Source: Chthoniobacteraceae bacterium (GTDB taxonomy: Bacteria; Verrucomicrobiota; Verrucomicrobiia; Chthoniobacterales; Chthoniobacteraceae). Taken from it: 64,000 bases of DNA. Below the pieces are notes generated by a model. It was not told the origin of the DNA, searched no databases, and saw only the letters and a list, made by a program, of their open reading frames with translations. The translations under genes and the position numbers were made by a program. The DNA is taken from NCBI GenBank assembly GCA_031409655.1, contig JANNXQ010000170.1, forward strand, positions 43,150 to 107,149. Direction: 5' to 3'. Position 1 is the stretch's first letter; every line of letters starts with the position of its first letter. Positions 21,301-30,100 of the stretch are shown here, piece after piece.

Positions 21301-22293
21301 ACTTTCACGATCACCGTTCCGACGTCAGCTAGCGCGCGGTCCGGCAACGTGATGATCCCGCGATTCGCACCGGGCAGCTACACCACCTCGGCTTCGGGTC
21401 TCGCGGCACCGCGAGACCGCCGTGTGACGATGGATACCAATTTCGACCATCACCTCAAAGTCGGTGATCAGGTGCAAATTAACTTCTTCCAAGGTAATCC
21501 CCTGCCTGTTGACATGGTAGCTACCGTAGAATCCGTCGTGGACATGAACACTTGGACTTTCCTCGCGCCATCGCTCGGAACGAATCTCGGAACCAACCAA
21601 GGGAACAACAATGTCTATCAGTTCCCGCTGCTCGCTCAACCGTTGACTCGGAGTGGGACCGTGGGTTCACGCCCGAGCACGTTCAACATGGGCAACACTG
21701 AAGGGGATATGGACCAGGCTCCGTTGAACTCTCCGACCGTGTTTAACTTCTATCTGCCGGACTACAAGTTCCCTGGAGCGCTTGCCTCGCAGGGCATCAC
21801 GACTCCCGAGTTCCAGGAAACGGCTGAGACTTCGGTCATCCGCCAGGCGAACTTCTTAGAGCGCGGCATCTACGCACTGGGAAACACCAATGGCGTAAGC
21901 AGCTTCAAGAACGGCACCAATGCATTGGTCATGGATTTGAGCCCGTGGATGGCGAACGCGGTCGGTACCGTTTCGCCAGGTCTGGAGCTTGGAGCCGGCA
22001 CCAGCACCACGCGGCCTTGGACGCACGATCAAAACCTCAGCGTTCTCATCGACCGTTTCAGTACGGTGCTTCTTGGTGCGGCTTTGCCCGCGGCTGTGAA
22101 GACCCAAATCACAACCTTCGTCCAGACACGCACAAATATGGGTTCTGCCTATAATCAATTCACTAATCCTTACACCAATATTCCCTACAATAACTCGGGC
22201 ACAACGACTGCGACCGATCCCGAGAAGACTAATCGCATCCGGGCAATTCTGCACCTCATCCTCACCTCCCCCGACTTCACCATCCAGCGCTAA
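15343..22293 (+). CDS. Giant secreted multidomain DUF1800-family protein, copy 1 (signal peptide, Ca-binding DxDxDG repeats, Calx-beta, 3 PA14-like domains, Ig-like domain, CHRD, DUF1800, 8 beta modules)
   Basis: Signal peptide MRRSFLFPALLSALAALHVPARA; DSDGDGQTNGAEAAAGTNP; GTATPGVDY (Calx-beta); FSVRWTGQVQP..EEYT..ADDG (PA14); QHIH...GKAYINLHTAMFPAGEIRG (CHRD); ASRFLTQATFGP, DQLRQRIAYALSQI, PAMGRYL, PNENYAREILQLF, GKQREPVLR, SPTVFNFYLPDY (DUF1800). Confidence 0.9.
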   Translation: MRRSFLFPALLSALAALHVPARAALDIGPGGGPGDGVPDVWAAVTGYTGDGASLSADSDGDGQTNGAEAAAGTNPNASGDVIAIKSLTPAGANLKIDFPGIGGKKYQMQSSPTLSPANFTNVPQAAGTVVATADANIQVTLPMGAGSKYYRVVVSDIDTDSDGLTDYEERKIGLNPLLPDIIGGLSGVAYVSGQLALPDVVTVVATDATASEDGSDFGSFMVERTRNLFTIDVPYTVSGTATPGVDYQSLGGSVHLMLGENTASFNIVPTSEPTNVVESGESVTVTLANPSLVYSLGTPSSATVIIGETTATSGTGLMARYYDTASGNYSRPENFGTVSSYTYTRLTAATGTATIAYTATPALSVGHQVNVAFTAGNLNNVLYSPLLYTVTGVTPTNFTVAIAGTALPTNQTTASSCVISITSFPHPAVITQVDPTVNFDWQHGTPNGVVILPNNSPDNYSASWDAYLQPTTAGNYIFQLDADDKARVLLDTGAGLVQILEHGWDGPATIGTFKQSAPIALSVPGSPSARYHIRVEHVETTGNARCRLQWSANGGTTFANIAQANQFTHTQAITYSYTQATGDVVVTPTGGHLFVGGEVVNLTMSSGNLFLPISYSGPYTITAVSGTSTFTVNITGTGLPATGTGSGFLENAASTTTGLFNRTYANTAFTSPPGRVGVDAAVTTGNNGIWNTGTPDVNLIRPETFSVRWTGQVQPQFSEEYTLVVGADDGCALRINGQSQILRTIPSASTSGSTYLYDAGSGNAVVSYPALIVSPGSFIVGESVRLDPSSGSLSHAPASPPTYRFDDVTGDVVINYANLTNVTPGGFVVGETIELDPTSGSLSALGLLPYTITAATANTITVNSGGLGFNPRMSVAAISVGPACEITTVQNHGLSVGSELRISSVATGIFSPDINSLYTVVAVVSPTKFTVASNCTVAPTAGTGVVIVSGNIAISDNRNAVITAATPTTFTVNMGANKYANASAGNVSIDIVNKPLKDWSSSANERFVHVPMIGGVRYDIQLDYYESTSAAKCQLSWYSPSQPRQIIPSNRLYPTSTPASPLAPPILLSPTSAVALVGGAFSYAVVGSNGATVTVSGNPAWLTYSGGVLSGTPPPGTAGHYQIVVTTTGPAGTGMSVIELDVQDTGGVIAREYWNGVEGTTIATIPTGAVPTGSGDLSQLAAPTDFGDNYGARIRGYITAPVTGNYYFWISASNAAELWIANDDEPINTFKRASVTTGNTTPQTWVGEANQKSAWLALEAGQRYYIEILHKAGSGAGDNLAVGWLKPGESGALPSEVVPGYVLSPYVAPSLQSIPGTLYVATMLSQNGAATSGVGTSTLRLSADETTVIMGYSYRGLTGPITSQHIHTDPYLLKPSEIVFDIDTPETAGDGLILTGPDAGKYKWTIKDRGSLTAPEIREIIKQGKAYINLHTAMFPAGEIRGNYTLANGSRLFTPPPAPPALADDHATNNGASRFLTQATFGPNPADIAALKAMASYDAWINDQFTRPVSYTLPEVIRTENASAQGAAFDETLAFNAWWKSAVSAPDQLRQRIAYALSQIHVVSAQGPLDNRAEALAYYYDHLVNHAFGNFRDLLQATTLTPAMGRYLDMKENDKPDLTVGRIPNENYAREILQLFDLGLFRLWPDGTLMLNSKDELIPTYTQREIVGFAHLFTGWDDGYDGAFRTTLGAATNYTRPMREVPARHFTGPKRVLNNEVLPGLQQLGGQPLDPYATHNATQFNDPSYQALPGLELAVSHQQLFEHPNVGPFICRQLIQRMVMSNPSRDYLYRVVQKFNNNGAGVRGDLKAVIKAILLDYEARSSSETTKPIYGKQREPVLRVAAAGRAFRQAAWTGTYTQSASPSSTSRTITVSTSTAHKLVTGNNVFLDFSDTTGDVAKPAPWIGTYSATVTGNNTFTVQANGWATGTYNIPANSTVCTVSMGSHWLEATEQAYFDFTSGPADGLAGFDNTVHPAVTSNASNTVAGTTFTITVPTSASARSGNVMIPRFAPGSYTTSASGLAAPRDRRVTMDTNFDHHLKVGDQVQINFFQGNPLPVDMVATVESVVDMNTWTFLAPSLGTNLGTNQGNNNVYQFPLLAQPLTRSGTVGSRPSTFNMGNTEGDMDQAPLNSPTVFNFYLPDYKFPGALASQGITTPEFQETAETSVIRQANFLERGIYALGNTNGVSSFKNGTNALVMDLSPWMANAVGTVSPGLELGAGTSTTRPWTHDQNLSVLIDRFSTVLLGAALPAAVKTQITTFVQTRTNMGSAYNQFTNPYTNIPYNNSGTTTATDPEKTNRIRAILHLILTSPDFTIQR

Positions 22294-22298
22294 GCCCT

Positions 22299-23792
22299 AT
22301 GAGCTCCGAACAAGATCCCAAAGTCTCCACACGCCGCGATTTCATCCGCCAGGCTTCGTGCGCTGCCGTCGGCACGTGGGCGATCACCAGCACGATCCGC
22401 GACCTGCGGCTCATCAATGCCGCCGTCGCGCAGACCGGCCTGACAGGATACAAGGCCCTGGTCTGTCTTTTCCTGTCGGGCGGCAATGACGCGAACAACT
22501 GGATCGTTCCGACCGATACCGCAACTTACAATGAGTATGCGGGATTGCGCGGAATCCTGGCGATCCCGAAGACATCGCTCCGGCCGCTTTGGAGTAACGC
22601 AGCCGGAACGACGCCCTATACCGACACCGACGGGCATACTCACGGTTTCCATCCCGCTTGCACCGAACTCGAGACGCTCTTCAAGGAAGATAAGCTCGCG
22701 GTGATTTTCAATGTCGGGACATTGGTTCGTCCAACCAGCCGCGAGCAATACCTCTCAGCCAATCCCTTTTACCGGCCACCTCAACTCTTCTCCCATAGCG
22801 ATCAAGTGACCCAATGGCAGACGTCCATTCCAGACCAACCACCCGCCACCGGATGGGGAGGGCGTTGCGCGGATCTATTGGACGCGACCGCAAACCCGAC
22901 AGGAGCCATTTCTATGTCGGTCTCGCTGAACGGAGCGAATACTTTTGAGGTTGGGAATATCATCTCGCAATACCACGTCTCCAGTGCTGGGGCCGTGACT
23001 TTATCGAACCTAAGTTCGGCCAAGATTGCGACGATGAGGGCGATCTTTAATCCGACGATCCCGATTTCAACCGCCAGCAACGCCGTGAACCTTCAGCGCG
23101 CGGCCTACGCGGAGGTATTGGATCGTGCGGTGGAAACCGGGAATTTGCTGAATACGAGCATTGAGGGCACGGCCATGGCAACCGACACTCCTCTAGGAAC
23201 CTGGGTGTGGACTGCGCCGTTCCCGAATACTGGCTTGGGCAACCAAATGAAGATGATCGCGCGTTTGATTGCCGCCCGCGGCCCGACCGGATTCAACATG
23301 AAGCGCCAGATCTTTTTCTGCTCGGTGGGTGGTTACGACACCCACACCAACCAAATCACCTTCAATAACAACGGAACAACCGATCCGACCACGGGCACCC
23401 ACGCCAATCTCCTCGGTGAGGTGAGCGACTGCGTCTTCGCTTTTCAGCGCGCGATGGAGCAACTCGGTGTTTCCGATCAAGTCACAACCTTCACCGCGAG
23501 CGACTTTGCCCGCACCTTCCCAACGAACTCGCAGGGAAGCGATCACGGTTGGGGTAGCCACCACATCATGGTGGGCGGGGCCGTTAAAGGCGGCCAGACC
23601 TATGGTCATCTTCCTACCCTTGTCATCAATGGACCAACCGACACTGGCTTGGGTCGCTGGATACCCACGACCTCTGTCGACCAGCACGCCGCCACGCTCG
23701 CGCGCTGGTTTGGAGTTGACTCATCAAATCTCGCGTCGATCTTCCCAAACTTGAGCCGTTTCCCCACATCGAATCTCGGGTTCATGCTTTGA
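22299..23792 (+). CDS. Tat-exported DUF1501-family protein, copy 1
   Basis: TRRDFIR Tat motif; YKALVCLFLSGGNDANN, LFSHSDQ, GGYDTH, SDFART, GSDHGWGSHH, GRWIPTTSVDQ, FPNL motifs. Confidence 0.92.
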   Translation: MSSEQDPKVSTRRDFIRQASCAAVGTWAITSTIRDLRLINAAVAQTGLTGYKALVCLFLSGGNDANNWIVPTDTATYNEYAGLRGILAIPKTSLRPLWSNAAGTTPYTDTDGHTHGFHPACTELETLFKEDKLAVIFNVGTLVRPTSREQYLSANPFYRPPQLFSHSDQVTQWQTSIPDQPPATGWGGRCADLLDATANPTGAISMSVSLNGANTFEVGNIISQYHVSSAGAVTLSNLSSAKIATMRAIFNPTIPISTASNAVNLQRAAYAEVLDRAVETGNLLNTSIEGTAMATDTPLGTWVWTAPFPNTGLGNQMKMIARLIAARGPTGFNMKRQIFFCSVGGYDTHTNQITFNNNGTTDPTTGTHANLLGEVSDCVFAFQRAMEQLGVSDQVTTFTASDFARTFPTNSQGSDHGWGSHHIMVGGAVKGGQTYGHLPTLVINGPTDTGLGRWIPTTSVDQHAATLARWFGVDSSNLASIFPNLSRFPTSNLGFML

Positions 23793-24110
23793 ATCAGCTA
23801 TGCACTGAGGTGCATTGATTTCCCTGGGGGAGATTCCTTGATCGTCTGTAGCCAAAGCAGTTGGGGAAAAGGCTTGGGTTCTTAGTTGCACGTTGGGCGA
23901 TCACACGTACCAAAAAAAGTCCGCGGTGACACGACTTTTGCAGGAGAATTAGTCCGGGCCAGCGTTTTTCGTAGATGAGTCCAAATGTCACGATTTCAAG
24001 GGATTCTTCTTGCTTAAGGACACGAAAATGTTGAAATATTTATCTTCACGCAAAGTCCCCCCTTGGGAGATCGGACCGTGAATCGCCCTTTCCGAAGTTA
24101 CCCCAGTTCC

Positions 24111-27100
24111 ATGAGCCGATTCACTCGCTTCCTTGCCGCACTTGCGGCTTCTTTTGCGTTAATTCCAACCGGCCGGGCCGCTCTGGACGTATCGCCAGCC
24201 GACGGAATCCCCGATATCTGGGCGCTCGTCCAGGGTGTCAGCGTGCTCACCCCAGCAGGAGATGACGACGGCGATGGGCAGACGAATGTGGCCGAGGCTG
24301 CCGCCGGTACCAATCCGAAGAACGCCACCGAAGTTCTCAAGATCAAGAGCATCACGAAAAGCGGGAGCAATGTGACGCTGATCTTCCCGGCGATCTTATC
24401 GAAGAAATATGAGGTGCAAGGGGCGACAACTCTCACGACGACTCCCCCAACGAATTTCGTGACGATCGGTTCCCCATTTGTTCCCGGGGCCGACGGTGAT
24501 TACACGGCTGTCGTTGCTGCCGGTAGCGCCAAATTCTTCAGGGTTCTGGTCTCCGATTTGGATACCGATAACGATGGTCTTTCAAATTACGAGGAGCGGA
24601 TGATCGGCCTGAATCCGCTCCTCGCTGATAGCGATGGCGACACGGTCAGCGACCTGAATTATGTTACCGCGCAGCTTGCCCTGGCAGATACGCTCTCCAT
24701 CCGCGCCTTGGAGTCGATCGCCTCGGAGGACGGTCCGACTTCCGGCGAATTCGAGGTTTACCGCAGTCGTAGTCTCTTCACCATCAACGTGCCTTACGAC
24801 GTTGGTGGCACGGCTACGGTCTCCACGGATTACGCAGCATTGGCGGGTTCGGTTACGCTCGCCCGCACCTTCACGTCAGCGAAGTTTAACGTAAATCCAA
24901 ACCCCGATAGCATCGTGGAAGGAAGTGAGTCCGTGCAGGTCACGCTGACGCCGCCGCCGGGGGGCCTCAGCAGCCAGTACCTGCTGGGTAGCCCAAGTGT
25001 CGCAACGGTTATTATTACCGACAAGACGACGCCCGTTGGGACGGGCCTCACCGCGCGGTACTATGACCATGCCAACACCATCTACGCGCACGCCGCCAAC
25101 TTTGGTGACGCTGCGAGCTACGCTTACACCCGGTCCGGCACGACGCCGAACTTCACCGGCTCTGTCGTCATTACGCCGACCGGATTGACGCCGGACCGGC
25201 TGACCACGGTCCTGGCGGCGGTCACGGTGAACGGCCAGGTGAAGCTCTCTTTCAACGGAGGCAACCTGAATACTGCCGTTTACAACCACCAGAACTACAC
25301 TGTGACGGCGAAGAACGCGACGAGCTTCACGTGCACGGTGCCTCCTGGCGCATCTCTCCCGGGAAGCAGCAGCAGCACCTGCAATTTCAGTATCCAACCC
25401 CTCCACCCAGCGGTGATCGACCGCATCGATACGGTGGTCAACAATGACTGGGCCTACGGTACACCGAATGGAGTGACGTTGGCGACTCACGGCGCTCCTC
25501 GCCTGGCCAATTTCCCGGACGATTACTCCGCGTCGTTTGAGACTTATCTGGTGCCAACTACGACAGGTTCTTACCGTTTCCAGTTCGATGCGGATGACAA
25601 AGCCAGGGTCTTGCTCGATACCGGGAGCGGCTTGGTGGAGATCCTCGAGCACGGCTGGGACGGCGCCACCACGCCGGAGACCATCGGTGTTTTCAAGGTG
25701 AGCGCCGCGTCCTATACCCTCACCGCAGGTCAGCGCTACAAGATGCGCGTGGAGCATGTCGAGACGACCGGCGATGCGCGTTGCCGTCTGCAATGGAGCC
25801 GGGACTTGGGCGGTTTTGTCAACATCCCTCAGGCCGAGCAGATCACGCAAACGCAGGCGGCCACTTATGTGTTTAACAAGCTGACGACGACTACCGGCAC
25901 GGCCGTCATCACCCTCACGTCGCATGGCTTGAACAATGGCGACCCTGTCACGCTCGCGTTCTCCACAAGCAACCTCTTCACGCCGGCAAGCTATAGTGGC
26001 AATTACACCGTCGCCAATGCCACGACGAATACCTTCGAGGTGGCGATTGCGGATCCCGTTGCGGTGCCGAACACGGTCGCGGCGGGCCAGGGTTGTTTTC
26101 TCGAAAATCGGCCCCTGAGCACCACGACCGGCGTGTTCAATAGGACTTACGCGGGCACCGCATTTGCCGGATTCCCGCTGCGAGTTGGTGTCGATGGCGC
26201 GGTCACGACCGGAAACAACGGCATTTGGGGTTCAGGCACGCCTGATGTGGGCCTTGTTTCCCCCAGCACGTACATCAATCCCGACACCTTCTCGATTCGC
26301 TGGACGGGCCAGGTGCAGCCACAGTTCACGGAAGAGTACACCTTCGTGGTTCATGCGGATGAAGGCAGCACCCTCAAGATCAACGGCCAGACGCAGGAGA
26401 TGCAGGCGGCTCCGTCCTCGATCGTGGGCGGCAGCACCTACCTCTATGACAACGCGACCGGCAATACGGTCATCAACTACTCTGGGAATGCGGTCAAGCC
26501 GGGCGGGTTTATCGTTGGTGAAACGATCAGGCTTGATCCCAGCACCGGCAACCTGACCCATCCCAATGGCAGCACCTACAGCTACGACTCCGTCACGGGC
26601 CTGGCCGTGATTGACTTCTCCAATCTGACATCTGTCCTGCCGAACGGCTTCGGCGTCGGACGGATTGTGGAAATCGACCCGACTGGGGGCACCGCTTCGG
26701 CCTTGGCGAATGCGCGCTACACGATTACCGCGGCGACTGCGACCACCTTCACGGTGAGCTTTGGCGTTGGCGCGTTTGCGCCGCAGGCTGTGGCACCCAC
26801 GGCCACCATCAATGTGACTGACAACAGGAATGCAGTCATCACGGCAGTTCACGCCACCGGCACCGGCACGTACGCCTACAGTTCCACCACGGGCGATGCT
26901 GTCATCGACTACACGGGCCTGGGCATTCCCAATAATACCGTCACCGTCGGCCAGAGCGTGGCGCTCGACCCTAGCAGCGGCAATCTGAGTACCTTGCCCA
27001 ACGCATTTGCGACGGTCACCGCTGCGACGGCGACTACGTTCACCGTGAACTACGGCACCAGTTTCACGACCGGCAACGGCAACGTCGTTATCATTGCGCC

Positions 27101-30100
27101 ATCCAACGGTTTGGTCGATCCGGCCGTGACTACGGCTTTCACCGTCAATTTTGAACCGGCCAAGTATGCCAACGCTAGCATTGGCACTATGAACGTGGAG
27201 GTCATCAATAAGCCGCTCAAAGAGTGGTCCTCGATGGGCAATGAGCGTTACGTGCGCATCCCTGTCGTCGGCGGCACGCGGTATGACATCCAGCTCGATA
27301 CGTATGAGAATACGAGCTATGCGCGGGCCATTCTTTATTGGTACAGCCCCAGCCAGACGAAACAGGTCATCCCGACGGAGCGTCTTTATCCCACCTCAGT
27401 GCCACAGGCTCCGGTGGCACACGCTGGTGCGACAGAGGCTGCCGCAGTCGTCGGCTCGGCCTTCAACTATTTGGTGGGCGGAACCAATGGCAGCTCGGTC
27501 ACCGTCTCCGGGCTCCCGGCCGGGCTGACCTACAACGCCGGGGTCATCAGTGGCACGGCGACAACCGCAGGCGATTATCAAGTCCTGCTCACGATCACGA
27601 ACGGTGTGGGTACGAGCACCTCGGTTCTCAATCTGCATGTGGAAGCGCCGGCCGGCTCCATCGTGCGCGAACATTGGAACGGCGTCGCGGGAACGGCAGT
27701 GGCGAATCTTTCCACGGAAATTGCGGCTGGCACACCGCCGACGGGCACGACGAACCTTAGCTCTTTGGAAGGACCGACCGACTTCGGCGACAATTATGGC
27801 GCTCGCATTCGCGGTTACATCACCGCTCCGGTCACCGGCAATTACTACTTCTGGATCGCGGCCAGCAATGCCGCCGAGCTTTGGATTTCCAATGATGACG
27901 AGCCGGTCAGCGCGCTGAAGCGGGCTTCGGTGGCGACTGGTAACACGACGCCTCGTACGTGGAGCGGCGAAGTGAAACAGAAATCGCCGTGGCTCGCTCT
28001 GGAGGCCGGGCAAAGGTATTACGTCGAAATCCTGCACAAGGCCGGAACAGGCGCAGGCGACAACCTCGCGGTCGGCTGGCGCAAGCCGGGCGAGACCGGC
28101 ACCGCGCCGAGCGAAGTCGTGCCTGGGAATGTGCTCTCTCCGTATGTGGCACCGGCACCGGGCTCGACCCCTGGCACCCTCTACGTAGCCACGATGCTGG
28201 CGCAGAACGGCGCGGTGACCAAGGGCGTGGGAGTGGCCACTTTCCGCCTGAGCGACGATGACAATGTGGCCTACATCAAGTTTGACCGGCAGGGATTCCT
28301 GAACCCGCCTTATAATGGCCTGACGGGAATAATGACGGATTGGCACGTGCATAACGATCCGTATCTCACCCGCCCTTCGAGCATTATGTTCGATCCGAAT
28401 GCCCCGCCCGCCAACAGTGGCTTGCAGCCGGACGGCAGCTTTAAGTGGACGATACCCAACCTGGTTGGAACGATTCCCAAGGCCGAAGTCGTGGAACTGA
28501 TCAAGCAGGGTAAGGCTTACATCAATATCCATACTACGGCTTATCTGAATGGAGAAATCCGCGGCAACTTCACCTTGGCCAGCGGCACCCGCACCTTCAC
28601 CCCGCCGCCGGCGCCGCCGGCGTGGACCGACGACAGCAGCACTAATGACGGAGCCTCCCGCTTCCTTGCGCAGGCTTCCTTTGGGGCTAACATCGCCGAC
28701 ATCACCGCTTTGAAGGCACTGGCAGCGACTGGCGCTGTTCCCACTGCGGGGATCCCGGCCAGCCGCTACGACAAGTGGATCGACAATCAGTTCCTCGTTG
28801 GCGCTACCCAGCATCTGCCGGAAGTTCTGGCGCGTGAGTATGGGAATGTGTTCGGCCCTTTTGATGTCTCGTTGAGTTTCAACGCTTGGTGGAAGGCATC
28901 GATGACCGCCCCGGATCAGCTCCGGCAGCGCGTGGCTTTCGCCTTGAGTGAGATTCACGTGGTCTCCGGTCAGGGGCCGCTGGAGGATAATGCCCGCGCC
29001 ATTTCGGACTTTTACGACACGCTGGCTACCAATGCCTTCGGCAACTTCCGGGACATCGTGGTCGGCACCACTCTCACTCCGGGAATGGGTCGCTATCTGG
29101 ATATGCTGCGCAACGACAAGCCCGATATCTCGGTCGGACGCAGCCCCAATGAAAACTACGCCCGCGAGATCAAACAGCTTTTCACCATCGGACTCTACGA
29201 GATGTGGCCGGATGGCAGCTTGAAGCTCACCTCCAAGGATGCACCGATCGATACCTACACCCAGCGGGAGATTGTCGGCCTTTCGCATGTCTTCACCGGA
29301 TGGGACTACGCGTACGACGGTGCTTACCGCACGGCGTTCGGTGCTACGGCGGACTGGACCCGGCCGATGCGCGAGATTCCCGCCCGGCACTTCACGGGTC
29401 AGAAGCGCGTCTTGAACAACGAGGTGCTGCCGGGGCTTTCTACGGTGGGTGGCCAGCCGTTGGATCCGAATGCGACCCATATCACCACGCATTTCAACGA
29501 CCCCGCGTATCAGGCGCTCGCCGCGCAGGAACTCACCGCCGCGCATGACATGCTCTTCAATCATCCGAACGTCGGCCCGTTTATCTGCCGGCAGCTCATT
29601 CAGCGTCTGGTGACGGCCAACCCGTCGCGCGACTATCTCTATCGTGTAGTCCAGAAGTTCAATGACAATGGGTCGGGCGTGCGCGGGGACATGAAGGCAG
29701 TGATCAAAGCCATTCTGCTGGATTACGAAGCGCGGAGCACCGGTCAATTCGCGATCCCGGCTTACGGCAAACAGCGTGAACCGATCATGCGCGTCGCCCA
29801 AGCGGCCCGTGCGCTCCGGCCGAACAACGTGACCGGAACGTATACTCAGAATAACTCGAACCTGATCACCATCGCCACGAGCACTTCGCATCTGCTTACC
29901 GATGGGGAAAGCGTCTTCCTGGAGTTCGCCGATGCCACGGCGGCCGGAGCGCAACCCGCGCCGACCACTGGCTCGTACATTGTGAACGTCATCAATGCGA
30001 CTTCCTACACCATCGACGCCCCGGGCTGGATGGTCGGATCCTACAATCAGTCGGCGGGCTCCAATGTGATGACCATCACGATGTCTGGGCATTATTTGCC

